DNA of 64,000 bases from Ginglymostoma cirratum (taxonomy: Eukaryota). Both the position numbers and the translations under genes were made by a program. Where the stretch lies: assembly GCA_024137785.1 (NCBI GenBank), contig JAHRHZ010000020.1:51732234-51796233 (forward strand). Reading direction: 5' to 3'. The notes beneath the pieces were generated by a model, which made no database searches, was not told where the DNA came from, and saw nothing but the letters and a program-made list of their open reading frames with translations. Below are positions 1 through 12,800 of the stretch, piece by piece (the first letter of the stretch is position 1; each line of letters starts with the position of its first letter).

Positions 1-149
1 TCACCTTCTGAAATCTCAAGAGGAGGCCTTGGGACAAAAAGAATTGAGCCATAGATCCAGAGTAGATGTAAATAACAGAATTTAGGTCTGAAAACAAACA
101 GGCATTGGAAGGGTGAGTCAAAATGGAAAAGAGTTCACGGTCTGCAATT

Positions 150-265
150 GTTGAAGTAAATGTTGGGGCCAGAAAGCTATAATGTCCTGAAAATTTTGTT
201 GCTCCAACTTGTGCTGGGCTTCACTGGGACACTGTAGAAGGCAGAGGACAGAAATGTGAGCATGT
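150..265 (-). mobile_element. Possible old Penelope-like fragment
   Basis: ttgctccaacttgtgctgggcttcactgggacactgtag resembles the reverse complement of the C-terminal part of the element near 2620-2700; highly diverged. Confidence 0.35.
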
Positions 266-425
266 TTAGACCAGATACCAGAGTAATCAACCACTTAGTG
301 TAATTCAATGCCTCAAGTTATATAGGGTGGAAAATTTGGATGAAATGGCCCAGTTAAACCATGTTGCAATAGTTTGTGCTCTAACAGGAATCAGTACATT
401 CACTTTTCCAGCAAGCGATAGAAAT

Positions 426-511
426 TGAAGGGTTTAGGCCCGAAACGTCAAGTTTTCCTGCTCCTATGATGCTGCTTGCCCTGCTGTGTTCATCCAGCCC
501 CATGCTTGTTA
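426..511 (+). mobile_element. Short Penelope-terminus-derived element, subfamily A, truncated within the hammerhead core
   Basis: tgaagggtttaggcccgaaacgtc...gatgctgcttgccctgctgtgttcatccagccccatgcttgtta. Confidence 0.8.
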
Positions 512-1411
512 GATCAGAAGAGATGATGGGATTAGCCAAAGATCTGGCAAAGTACATTTAGAGGAGGATCTTCAAGAGTTTGGCTGTAGCAAAACAGATT
601 CTGATTGACAGAGGCTGGTGACGGAGTCTTGCTATCCATTGTCCCAAGAGGGACCCAAGTCTATGCCCTAGAATGCCACACCTCATTGCATTCAAGGTTG
701 TTTTGAAAAGACTATCGAACTTCCACTCCCACTTAATTCAGGACATAATTGCTTCTTTTTTCAAAGAACCTCACTCAACCTCTTTGGATCAGGAAAAGCT
801 AGCAATATCCAACCCCCAAGCATGACATGGTCAATCTTCCAAATGACAAATCCAGTATTAATTCAATTAAAAACTCGAAATTATTCTGAATACTTTTCAG
901 AATAGTGCACAACATGACCGGAACTCTCTGCAGACCACAAGTCTCTCTCGGTATTTTGGTTGGCCCTGACAATGCATCTCTAAAGAATACAAGAAGCTTT
1001 CAAATCACTTTCATTTCTACAGAACCGGAAAAAAAAACAAAGATCTTTATAATACAAAAACAATTTTTAAAAAATGCCAAAAGTAGTGCATCACTGCATG
1101 GTTGCATCAACAGAAATGGAGTTGAGATTATTGGTGATAGTTCAGATTTTCTTGTTTGTCACGATGCCTTGGTAATCGATAAGGGGCAAAGATTTAGAGA
1201 CCCAAGCTTCACAATTAGCTGGGATTCAAAGCTTGATCTCGATTGGCTGATCACTACATCACAAGAGTACGTTCCCCACTATGTGTCTCATGATGCACAT
1301 TTGGTTCAAGAGATGCACATGATATCACGCAAATAAGTGCTCATCACTGTACATGCAAAGAATATCTTTTAACATATAACATGCCCCGTTTTACTGCAGT
1401 ATTAATCATTT

Positions 1412-3145
1412 TGCAGGATCCAGTCAACTCCTCTTTACCGTGGACATGCAATCCCTTTACACGTCCATTCCCTACCAGAAGGGTCTGAGGGCTCTCTGCT
1501 CCTTCCTGCAGCAAAGATCTAAACCGTCCCCACCCACCGCCACCCTCCTCCGCCTGGCCAAGCTGATCCTCACTCTGACCAACTTCTCTCTTAACTCCTC
1601 TCATTTACTTCAGGTCAGAGGGGTTGCCACGGGTACCTACAAGGGCCCTAGTTATGTCTGTCTCTTCATGGGGTATGTGGAACATTCCTTGTTCCAGTCC
1701 TATTACGGCCCTGCCCACAATTCTTTCTCTAATACATCATTGATATGATCGGTGCTGTTTCCCTCTATCAACCAGAGATGGAAAGTTCATCAATTTTGCT
1801 TCTGATTTTGCTTCCAATTTCCACCTGGTCTCTCTCCGAATCCTCTCTTCCCTTCCTCGACATCTGCTTCCATTGCTGGGGATAGACTGGCCATCGTTAT
1901 CCACTAAACCCACTGACTCCCACAGACTCCATCCCATCCTCTCGGTTCCACCGTCTCCGTCATATATGTTCAGATTAGGCCAATTTTGACAAGGGAGCCT
2001 CCGTCACGTCCACCTTCTTCCTCAACCAAGGATTCCCCAGCACTGTCGTCGACAGGGCCCTCAACCAGATCTGATCCATCTCCCACTCTTCCACCCTCGC
2101 CCCTTCTCTTCCCTCCCGCAACAATGATAGGGTTTCCCTTGTCCTCACTTGCCATCCACATCCTCATCCAGAAGATCATCAGATGCCATTTCTGCCACCT
2201 CCAGCGAGATGCCACCACCAGACACATTTTCACCTCCCCTCTCCCCCCTTGTCCGCCTTCCACAGGGCCCGTTCTCTCCAGGACATCCTGGTCCACACTT
2301 CCTTCACTCCCAACACACCCCCACAGCCCCGTGGCACCTTTCCCTGTAACAGGCCAAGTTGCAACACCTGTCCATTTACCTCCTCCCTCCCCAGTATCCA
2401 AGGGCCCAAACATACCTTCCATGTGAAGCAACACTTCACCTGCACTTCCCATTCTGCATTCGCTGCTCACATTGTGGTCTCCTCTACATTGGGAAATGGA
2501 GATTAGACTGAGTGACCACTTCGCTGAACATCTACATTCCGGCCACAAAAAGGACCCTAAGCCTCCAGTTGCCTGCCACTTTAACGCACCACCATGTTCC
2601 CTGACTGTGTTCCACCATGTCTGTGTCTGGCTAGCTGCAGTGTAAGAGTGAAGCTTATCGCAAGATGGAAGAACACCAGCTCATTTTCTGCTCAGGGACC
2701 CTGCAGCCCTCCAGATTCAATATTGAGTTCAATAATTTTAGGACCTGAACCCTCCCATGTCCCAGCCCCCTACCTCACACACCAGGCCTTGTTACCACAT
2801 AGTGACTAATAATAGGTTGTGTGTATAGGCAAGCTAACAGTCCCTATTAACAACTATTCACCATCCCAGCTTGATCGTTATCAACTCCTTTGTCTGTCCA
2901 ACTGCTCTTCATTCTCTTTGGACTCTATCCCCACCTGTTGTTTACTCCTTACCCACCCTCCACGCTATGACGACCCTATCTTCTGCATATAAACCAACAT
3001 TTTCCTAGCTACCATCAGTTCTAAGGAAGGGACCTGAAACTTTAACTATGATTTTTCTTCTCAGATGCTGCCAGACTTGCTGAGTTTTTACAGCCATTTC
3101 TGTTTTTGTTCCCGAGTTACGGCATCTGCAGTTCTTTCAGTTTTT
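1412..3145 (+). mobile_element. Decayed, 5'-truncated Penelope-like retroelement (RT, Zn knuckle, GIY-YIG, terminal repeat)
   Basis: RT motifs DMQSLYTSIP...TNFSLN...QVRGVATG...GPSYVCLFMGYVE; linker GTFPCNRPSCNTCPF; GIY-YIG remnant FCIRCSHCGLLYIGK (2452-2496) followed by DHFAEH. Many frameshifts. Ends in the terminal repeat at 3015-3145. Confidence 0.88.
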
Positions 3146-6100
3146 AAAGATTTTCTTCTTTGTTGACCCACTTAAGGGATACGGGCTGGCTGACGATTTA
3201 GGCATAGAAATAGATCTTGGGGAGGATCTTAAAGAAGGAGCAAGAGGTAGAGAAGAAGAGGTTTAATGAGGGAATTCCACTTTAACACTTAGGTACACTC
3301 CTGCCACATGGCGAGACAACAAATATCAGATCACATCAGCAGTTGAACTTATTTAGTCAAAAGTTAGACTCAGAATTAAGCAACTCAAAAATGGCCCCTC
3401 ATCGAGGTTCAAGGATTCTGAACAAGCTTCCTTCAGATTGACTATACCACGGTCTCAACTTCCCAAATGACTCTCACACTGTGAGGCCTCATCCAGCAAT
3501 CTCTGCAGAGGGAGCGGCCCTCTGCCTGTTCATCAGTTGGACGGAAAACCCTCCAAATACAGCAAACCCAACATTGGATGGTGACAGTGTGGGGAAAGAG
3601 GGTCGCCCCAAATTTATTACAAGATCCAGGCACAATTAACAACAGCTCCTTTGGGTGCTGCAGAATGGTCAAGGTGAAGAACGAACAGTGAAGAAATTAT
3701 TTGATGCGGCTTTAACAAAGCCTGGATTGCGTCTGGAAGCTCATAAGATAGAAGCTTCATTTATACAGGCAAAGTGAAGCCTGCTTTCAGTAGATCTCAG
3801 ATGTGACAGCGCAGCACTCCAAGGGCTGAGAAAGAGTACAAACAGACAGAGGAATTCACCCTGCACCTCCTGTTATCTGCTTGGAGTCCTAGATTGACAC
3901 AACTGATTAGCTTTAGAGCAGTACAGAAGGCGGGTCAGACGAGAAGGCAAATAAACGCAAAAGGGTGAAAAAAATGCAGCTTTGTCAAATCTCATCAGCA
4001 CGCCTTCTACAAAACACACTCAAAGAGCTTACAAAAAGGATTAACAAAAGAAATCACTGCGGTGGCCATGGAATTCAGCTGCTGGATGCAGTGAGAAACC
4101 CAAATTCACTGAAAATGCAGCAATGTGGCTCAACAAAATTATCCAGATTACATGATAAAAGTTTAAAATGGACAGCGAGTGGAGGTTGGGTCTATTCAGT
4201 AATAAGTGGCTGTTCCGAGTAGTAAGTTGAGCCCAGGGCCATGGATACTTCTGTAATGAAGGTTCTGGAATATTACATGTTGCATGATGCACAACATCAC
4301 TTGGGGAACAGCAGGTTTGATTTATTGATTCAGTAAGTGCGATGACATGTGAGTGGTTTGACATTTAATGGTTACTTGGCTGTGGTCAATATAGAATTAA
4401 GCAATTGGGGACTGGTATTTCGCAAAACAGTCCTGGCAGAGTGAGTCAACATCAGCTAAGACTGTTGAAGACGCCGAATTCTGTTCATATCACGTAGCAG
4501 TATCTTCTCATCTGTCCAGCTTATGTCGATTCTCGGACTAGATTTCACGTCTGATGTGAAATTCAGTCAACATGCAGCATTCCCATTTCTGAAGCGTCAG
4601 CCCTAGCAACTATCAGCTACTCCCCAAACTGTGCAAGAACATCTGGCATCAGGAATCTAACCAGTTTCACATGCTTTCTGAGAAATGCATGGATCTTTGA
4701 AGTGTGATACATGGCATGTGATTTTTTTTTCATCCCTCCCCAGCCAATAATTCCAACAGTAAAATTCCATCATCTATAAATCACCTCAGTGCCTTCTCGC
4801 TTCAAACCTTCCTTCTCTGGGGAATATCAAGCCTCGGGGTTTCTCAGAGGAAAACAAAATATGCTCATTTGACAAATCACTTGCTCACGGTCAGTGGGGA
4901 CAAATACTGGATGGATGACCTACCATATGGACTGCAACGGCTCAAGATGGTGGCTGACCACACTTTCTGCTGGACAATTAGGGAATAAATGGGAGTAAGT
5001 GTTGGATTAGCCGGCATCGTCCACATAATAGATAGAGACCTGGTCTAAAAATTAGCACAAGGGGCCCTTCACTGGCATAACCAAGACTGAAGTCGAACAA
5101 TCCAAATCGCATTCATGGCTGTTTGACATCAACTCATTGAAGTACATCAGGGTAGTGGTTATGTTACTGGACCAGCAATCCAGGAAATGAGAGTTCAAAT
5201 CCCATGACAGCAGTTCGAGAATTAGGCTCCAGTTTTAAACCAAAAATAACATCGAAAATAACTTTAAAAATGTTGGTATGCTAAACGTCACCACAAAGCC
5301 ATCAATTCTTTTGTGAAAGCTAGCTGGCTTACTGACTTTCACTGAAGAAAATCATTTTATCTCATTAAGGCTACGCGTCGCTGAATTTTATTTCTTTTCT
5401 TCACATGGCCTAGCAGTTGAATAAAGTTTGGACAATGAGAGTAGCCGTTGCTAGTGATGACCACATCCCAAATGAATCTCTTTTTTTCAAACTTGACAAT
5501 AATTCCCAGTTGAAAAAGTTCAGCACTGTACACTGCTGCCAGACCTTGACCACAACAAGTGACTCAAACTGTCCCATTCGCCTTGGAGTTTAAGCAAGTT
5601 CGTCTGAAAAATGATTCTTGGCAGAAGGACGCAACATTCCTCCGGCTGCTCTCTCTGCAGAGATGCTAAGTCATTGAGACAAATGGGCTTACACCCGGAC
5701 AAAAGGAGTGGGCAAGGAATGTCATACAGAGATGTTAAGTGACTGTCCGCTGATAGCAGGGACCGTAGCTGCTGTCATTTGGTATTATGCAAAGTTAGCG
5801 CGGTGATCCTGCAGCAGCTACACAAGACAAGGTAGAACGCAAGCAAAATGTAAACACGAGAGAATTGGATTCGGGGAAGTGGGTGTGGGGAATCACTTCA
5901 TGGAATTGAGAGTTAAAATATTAGTCGAGCAATACAAGGAAGGATCACTGCTGTGCATAGAATTTATATCCAGCTTTACTATTTTAACTCAAATCAAAAC
6001 AGGCACTCAAAATGCTTAAACTGAGCCGATCATATGCACTGTTATCTGCTCAAAATAAAGTGTCAGCAGATGTGGACTACTTCAGAGCGAAGACAGAATT

Positions 6101-7101
6101 TTTCACTCTGCACTCCTTTGGCAAACTTTCCAACTCCGTACATAGTTTCCAGATTCCATGCTCTTTTGACTCTGGCATCTGGGGTGCAGTAATTATTTAC
6201 ACGTACTTGGTTGAAGAACAGAAACCGAAGGGCCTCGAGCAGAGTGCGTGTCGTACAGCAGCCGTGACACTCAGCACAAGAAGTGACGAGCCTTCAGACT
6301 GGCTCTCACCACAACAGCTTCAGAAAGCAAGCCATTAGAGTCGAATCTAGGTCAGGTCATGTTTAACTTGCTTACAAAAAGACATTGACACAAGCCTAGC
6401 ATCCATATTCTCGCTTCAATGAAGAAAATAGCTTGCAGTATTGCCCAGCACCTGGCTCACAATGTAACGTTTCCTGGATTGTAGTACTGATGGTGTCACG
6501 CAATGATCTTACCTTTCACCTTCAGATTACACTGTGCCCTCACAGAAGGCACTTGTATGCAGTTCTTTTGCCCTCAGTTTTAACGGATGCATTAACCCAT
6601 TTAGTTCAAGAGGGTTAGAGCCTCTATTAAAATAGCAGGCAAATGTACCAGGCCTTCATGCACTGATACCGGTTCAGGATAACTTTAACACACTTGTTAC
6701 GTGGTGACATATCTCCAGCATAGTGATGCTGTGTGAATTTGAGAGATAGCTGAAAACCTTTAAAGAAAGAGCAACGCTTGTCAAAGGAATATTCAAGATT
6801 CCAATCTGGCAAGTAACACTTTGTGGAAAGCATTGCCAGAATTGTTAAAGCCACAGGTCAAAAGTCACGTTTTCGGACAACTAAGTATGAATCTGTGAAG
6901 TAGCAAGCTCGAGAGAAGTGGATCACACAAATCAAAGACCATTACTGATCCTACCTTGGAATAAGTCAATGTTGCAGCTTGATTCGCTGCATTCTTGGTA
7001 ATCGCGCTATTGTAGAGGTCTAGCGATAAGTTCTGCCCATTGGTAAACTATAAGTCGAGTCATCCGATGAGAACCAGCTTGATTTTAACACTGCCATAGC
7101 A

Positions 7102-7240
7102 CAGAATGATAGAAACCTTACTGTTTGAAAGCAGGCCATTCGGCCCATTGAGTCCACTCCATCCCTGTAACCCGCCATTTCCCAAGGCTAATTCCCATAG
7201 TCTGCACATCCCTGGACACGATGGGCGATTTAGCACAGCC
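7102..7240 (-). mobile_element. HE1-like V-SINE, 3' fragment
   Basis: aagcaggccattcggcccattgagtccac...ctgcacatccctggacacgatgggcgatttagcacagcca matches the tails of the full copies. Confidence 0.75.
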
Positions 7241-7406
7241 ATGACTGTGGGAGAAATGTGCGTTTCTAGCTCAGTGGGCAAAGTAGGTTTCAGAGGGACT
7301 AGGTAAGAACGGTCCAAGCAAGTGGATGATGGTGAAGGGATTTATGACCTTGTCCCTGGTAAATTTGAGTCGCTCCCTACGTGTCTCATTATTATTTGTG
7401 CTAAAG

Positions 7407-7435
<29 letters not shown>
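7407..7435. repeat. (CA)n microsatellite
   Basis: acacacac... run. Confidence 0.95.
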
Positions 7436-7437
<2 letters not shown>

Positions 7438-7738
7438 ACTTATTCATCTCCAGTGGTGTTGTTTGTGAGAAATGAAAGCTGTTCAGTAAGAAGTGAATCT
7501 CCATTTGGCAAGAAGATTGGATGTTTAGGACATGACAGTTGATGTATAACAAGTCAGTTGTCCAAATCTCCTGCCTTCAACCTCACCATTGGTAATCACA
7601 CTTGGAAATCCCTCAAACTCCTCCCCCTCAACCTTCAAGAAACTCCTCGAGACCCATTTTTGACCCAATTCATCATCAGCTCAGTATATTTCCACTTCAG
7701 AGCCCTATGGACATATTTTCATACGATAGGCAGAGTAT

Positions 7739-8099
7739 AGAATTATAGAATCCCTATTGTGTGGAAGCAGGCCATTCAACCCACTGAGTCCACACCGTCC
7801 CTCCAAAGAACATTCCACCGAGACCCGCCCCCTATCCTATTCCTGTAACCCTGCATTTCCCATAGCTAACCAAGCTAACCTACACATCCTTGGATGCAAT
7901 GGGCAATTTAGCACGGCCAATCCACCTAACTGGCACATCTTTGGACTGTGGGAGGAAATCCGAAGTACCCGGAGGAAACCCACGCAGACACGGGGAGAAT
8001 GTGCAAACTCCACACAGACGGTCGCCCGAGGCTGGAATCAAATCCAAGGTTCTGGCAATGTGAGGCAGCAATGCTCACCAATGAGTCACTATGCCACCC
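7739..8099 (-). mobile_element. HE1-like tRNA-derived V-SINE, full length
   Basis: Reverse complement has a tRNA-like head, the V-domain (tctgtgtggagtttgcacattctccccgtgtctgcgtgggtttcctcc) and a CR1-type tail. Confidence 0.9.
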
Positions 8100-8763
8100 A
8101 TGGTGGATATACAAACACACACAATGCAGTGATCGGGGTTTCACGAATTGTATCAAATGGTCAGTCGTTTGGGGAGGACAACAGTTAAAATTTGGAGAGT
8201 GCAGAATATTTGGAGAAAAAGCAAGTGTACCGAAGGGTCAGTATGTGTGACAGTGAAATGAAAGGTTGCGGACAGTCATGCATTTAGGATTTGGGATCAA
8301 GAGTATTTTAGGATGGGGTGGTAGGCATTTGGTTGGGGACTGAGGCAAGCACTCATTTTGGGGTGGGGGGTTGAGAGTGCACTTCTATGGAGGAGGGAGT
8401 CAAATATAATCAAGGTAAGAGGGTAAGCTGTAGCGCAGGGGAATGGGAACAATTGGCACAGGAAAAACGAGAGGTCAAAACACTTGTGATCAAAAAAACT
8501 TGCTTACAAATTGCAGCACTACAACAATACAGCTGCGAATAATTTATTTCTTTTACATTTACTGCTAAGTAAACACAGATAATGGCATCCCAAACTGGAG
8601 AACCTTTTAAAAATTCAAGTTTGTTCATTTTGCAAAATGAATACTTGCTTAACCACAAGGAAGACAAAATTCCTCTGCCTGGCCACTTTTCTGATTTATA
8701 CAGCCGATCCAAACTACAAAATTGAACAGTGGACAACGTGAATATTTACTGAACAGTTCATTA

Positions 8764-9066
8764 GGGGTGGCACAGTGGTTAGCCCTGCTGCCTCACAGCT
8801 GCCAGGGACCCGGGTTCGATTCCAGCCTCGGGCGACTGTCTGTGTGGAGTTTGCACATTCTCCCCATGTCTGCGTGGGTTTCCTCCTGTTTCCTCCCACA
8901 GTCCAAAGATGTGCAGGTGAGGTGGACTGGCCGTGCTAAATTACCCATAGCATTCAGGGAGGTGTAGATTAGGAGGGTTATAGGGGGATGGGCCTGGGTG
9001 GGATGCTCTGAAGTTCGGTGTGGACTTGTTGGGCCAAAGGGCCTGTTTCCACACTGTAGTGATTCT
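8764..9066 (+). mobile_element. HE1-like V-SINE
   Basis: A-box-like tggcacagtgg, B-box ggttcgattcc, V-domain, tail ggcctgtttccacactgtag. Confidence 0.9.
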
Positions 9067-9721
9067 GGGACTTGACTTCACCTGGGTACAGCTCCAAGAG
9101 AAACTCAAAATTCTTTCCACATCACAACCACAATGAGATAAATCGTCCCAATTCTAAGGCAACCCACTTCCACACTGCTGAACAACTGGAAATTTTCACA
9201 GCTTATGCCATTTCACTGAAGCTAATAGCGTGCAGTGTTCTGGGTAAAAATCACCCAGTTTAAGCCCTGGCTTTTGGGTTAAGCTAAGTTCTTCATAAAT
9301 TTAACATTAAAAAGAATGCCCCATACACATGTAAGTAAAATTTATACGATTAAGACTAATTATCCTATCCTAGGAAACTTACTTTTACTCTGTATTCTCC
9401 ATGTTATGAGCATAAAAAGAGCAGAAACAGTAAAAGATTCTAAACACATGTTGAGCTCTTAGTTTGGCTATTTTTACTGATTGATTCTCCAGATCTTGCG
9501 TGAGGATTGATTGCTTTCACAAGTCTTTGGCAGTTATGCATTTGTCAGCTTCTGTTAGTTGGCCGGTTTTTTATTCTTTAAAGTGCAGTAAGAAGGGCAT
9601 GCAAGTCTTTGCTGCGTAAGGAACATGACATTTCAACTCCTGCGGAAGTATAATTCTCAGAATTTCGGACAATATTTGTCATATCTGAGAAGGAATGCAC
9701 ATCATCATACTGCTTTAATAT

Positions 9722-9842
9722 GAGACAGACAGGGAGATCGAGAGACAAAGACAGAGAGCACGAGTGGGAGGGGGAGAGGGAGGGGGAGAGGGAGGGGGAG
9801 AGGGAGGGGGAGAGGGAGGGGGAGACAGAGAGAAAGAGAGAT
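9722..9842. repeat. Purine-rich repeat with ~5 copies of gggagggggaga
   Basis: Direct reading of 9766-9824 plus GA-rich flanks. Confidence 0.9.
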
Positions 9843-12800
9843 GTGACAAAAATATGTTTTTCATGTCCCTCAATAGCTGCTTAACCAGTAGTCAATTTAT
9901 TTTGTTATCCTAGTAAATATAAAATTATTCGAACGACCTTTCTCCCCTGCAACCTCCAGAAGCATCAATTCCTTATTGAAACATGGTTCAAGGTTCATGT
10001 TCCAAATGATGCAAACCAGGTGTGAACCTGGTGACCATTAACAAGCTGTTTCACTGTGGAAGCATCCCATCCGTATCTAAATGTAGCCTTGGCCTGACAT
10101 CCTCACAATTCTCACAGCATCAGCACAAACGTCTGTACAATTATCAGGATTGGCAAGCCTGGGAGAGCTTCAATTCACCCTCCAGGGTCCCCTGCTTCCA
10201 ACCATTTCCGACTCAGGCAAAGGACTGACTCAGTCTGGTTCAGGCTGCTATCATTGGAAAAGGCAGATGCTGAGCCGTGCTGATGAGGTATAGACATGGG
10301 GAGCAGGGCTTGGTGGAAGCTTCTATTGATATCAACCCCACCAGCCCGTAGTGGCAAAAGGTCTCACCAGTCCCGAAAACCAGCGCTGACATTCAACCAT
10401 AAATTACATGGTGAGATCCCTCCAATTTCTTAGACTGACAGAATAATGCCTGCCTTGGAATCAGAACAATCAGAATTCAGTTAAGTGTGGTCCTGAAATA
10501 ACTCCAAGTAGTTAGAGATTCTCAAATACATGTACACATTCTCAGTTTTATTGGAAAGAAATCTGAGGATTTTCCGACATACTGTAATTCATAATGCAAC
10601 TCACATCTGGGGTTAAACAGACTCTGCCAGGAGAATTACAATTAGAATCAAATAAGGAAGAGGTGCACAGTCTTTTCGTATTAGACAGAAAACAGTATCT
10701 TCTGAACCAAATTTAAATTTATCTCCAGTACAATGTTTACAAAGTAAAGTCGATTCTTTTGTTGAAATAACAAACCGTCTATTATTCTAGTTGATATATT
10801 CTGCAACTCTGGCATCAGATATGACACAGTGGGATGAAAATGAAACCCTATACCCTTTGGATTGTGTTCAGCAGTATAGATATTTTGAATCAAATGGTCA
10901 GTTCCTGTGCTGCAAATTCTGTACAGCAATTATTGAAGTAATTTGGCTTTATGTATGTCATGTGGTGCCAATTAAAGCTCTTGCCCTGTTTTTAATGATC
11001 ATGAGTTAACCCTCCCTCTTGACTGTACAAAAGTATAAAAAAGCAGTAGGCCCTTCAACCCCTCAAGCGTGATCTGCTATAGCTGACGTTGACCCTAACT
11101 CAACTCCATATCCCTTAACTCATTCAGGTTGCGAAAATATGCCATTGTTCACACCTCCGATATCTATCCACCTCTGGATAAAAGGAAAATGAGTTGCAGA
11201 GGGATGACAGCACTGTAGGAGAAAGTGATTGGAAGCGTTTGCTTGTACGGATTTGTACAACACTTTGCTTTGTTCCTTTCCCTGAGCCACTGTTGACATG
11301 GACTAATTGGGCTGAGATAGCCTGTTTCCGTGAGCCAATTTCCATGTATTTCTAAGGCATAAAGATGGATAATCCATTCCCAGAGGCAGTGACATATGAA
11401 ACTGGCTAGAAGAAAGTTTGTTCCTTCATTTTCTCCTAAAGGTATAGGCACACCCAAGTGAAGTTACCCCATGAAAGTCTGGGCAAATGCTAGTAATGCC
11501 GAGAACTAGACTCAATCATGCTTTTATTCTACTCGCTGCTCATGGCTCAGTACTGGCCCCTGTAGGGGCTTTAATCATATGGCCATTAGACAGCATGCTT
11601 TAACAGATTTTAAAAATATAGTGACTCACTTTACACCCACCAGCTCCACTGAAACTAACAGAACCAAGGGCTTGACATCAATGATCTGGCACTGAACAAT
11701 CAGCCTACTCCACAGAGATGACCAACGGAAGCTGCACAGATGAGCAATGATTGGGTGAAGTCGAAGGGGATTGAAATTAATAGCAGCTCAACTCCTCAGA
11801 GCAGACATTAGGGGTCACAGCTGGCCAACAGCTGCAAGACTGAAAATTCCACTGACAAAACATGGCAAGCTGGACCCTTTGCCATCTCCAAGGGGGAATT
11901 CCTTCTGGGAATATGGCTGAGCTCCTGCTTCCTGCCAGCTTAAGAACACAACATCCCCTTAAATACAATGCAGAGCACTGATTCTTGTCAAGTATTTGTA
12001 CGGTTTTTGTACAGTTACATTGGAATTCTTTCCCTCCAGAACTTCCGAATACCGTTTCTGATTAGCTGTCTGTGTGCTTCAGGATTCAAGCAGAGGTTTG
12101 TAGGGACGTAGCAATGAGTTTGAAAGAGGTTGCTGTTGGATCAACACTGGGTCAGTGCATTGGCGCCAATCAAAGCAAAATAGGATTCAGATAATTTCCA
12201 GTTCATATTTCATTGCAGGAAGCTCATAATCTAAGCAGAAACTTTTATTTAATCAAGCTTGCGCCACACTACAAACTCCAAAAGGTCACTGAAATAGGGA
12301 ATAAACAGAGTTCTGACTCAGTATCTTAGTGTGAAAGAATTATTTCCATTCTTTAGCTTCTAGCCCCATCTAATATTACTCTTAGTATGTGTTATTACAC
12401 TGGCATCCAAGATGAATATTGGCAGAAAAACATAGATATATTGATAGTTTGAGTAAAAGGACAGCAACAATGTGGGAGCCAACTCTGTTCTAACGTACAT
12501 GCAATTCCGAACAAGGTTTTGGTTAGTCTGCCGATGTCAAAAAATGGAAATGGAACACAGTATCCGACTCATCTCACATTCAAACAAGTCAAACTTAAGA
12601 CAGAAAACAACAGCTACAGCTTCTCCCACCTCACCACCTCCACTTACTCTGGCATGCAGTAGATTTATCACAAGGGTAACATCCAGAACTAATCCAAACA
12701 GCGCAACCTTTCATGTCAGTAGCCTAGCAACAACAGATGGATGACATCATTAATTTAGTGGTGGTGAATGGCCAACGGTGACATCACGTCAATTAATCAC

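Noticed and set aside
905-1336. 143-aa ORF upstream of the Penelope element
   Set aside because: GTG start, no recognisable domain, not continuous with the RT.
3480-3640. Possible second Myb/SANT-like remnant (GLIQQSLQRE...GRK...W)
   Set aside because: Similarity too weak to support by eye.
7757-8250. Recurring peptides such as RRKPTQTRGECANSTQT and GRMCKLHTD
   Set aside because: Translations of non-coding SINE copies, not a gene family.
8764-8830. tRNA gene-like A and B boxes
   Set aside because: Head of a V-SINE running straight into the V-domain; not a stand-alone tRNA.
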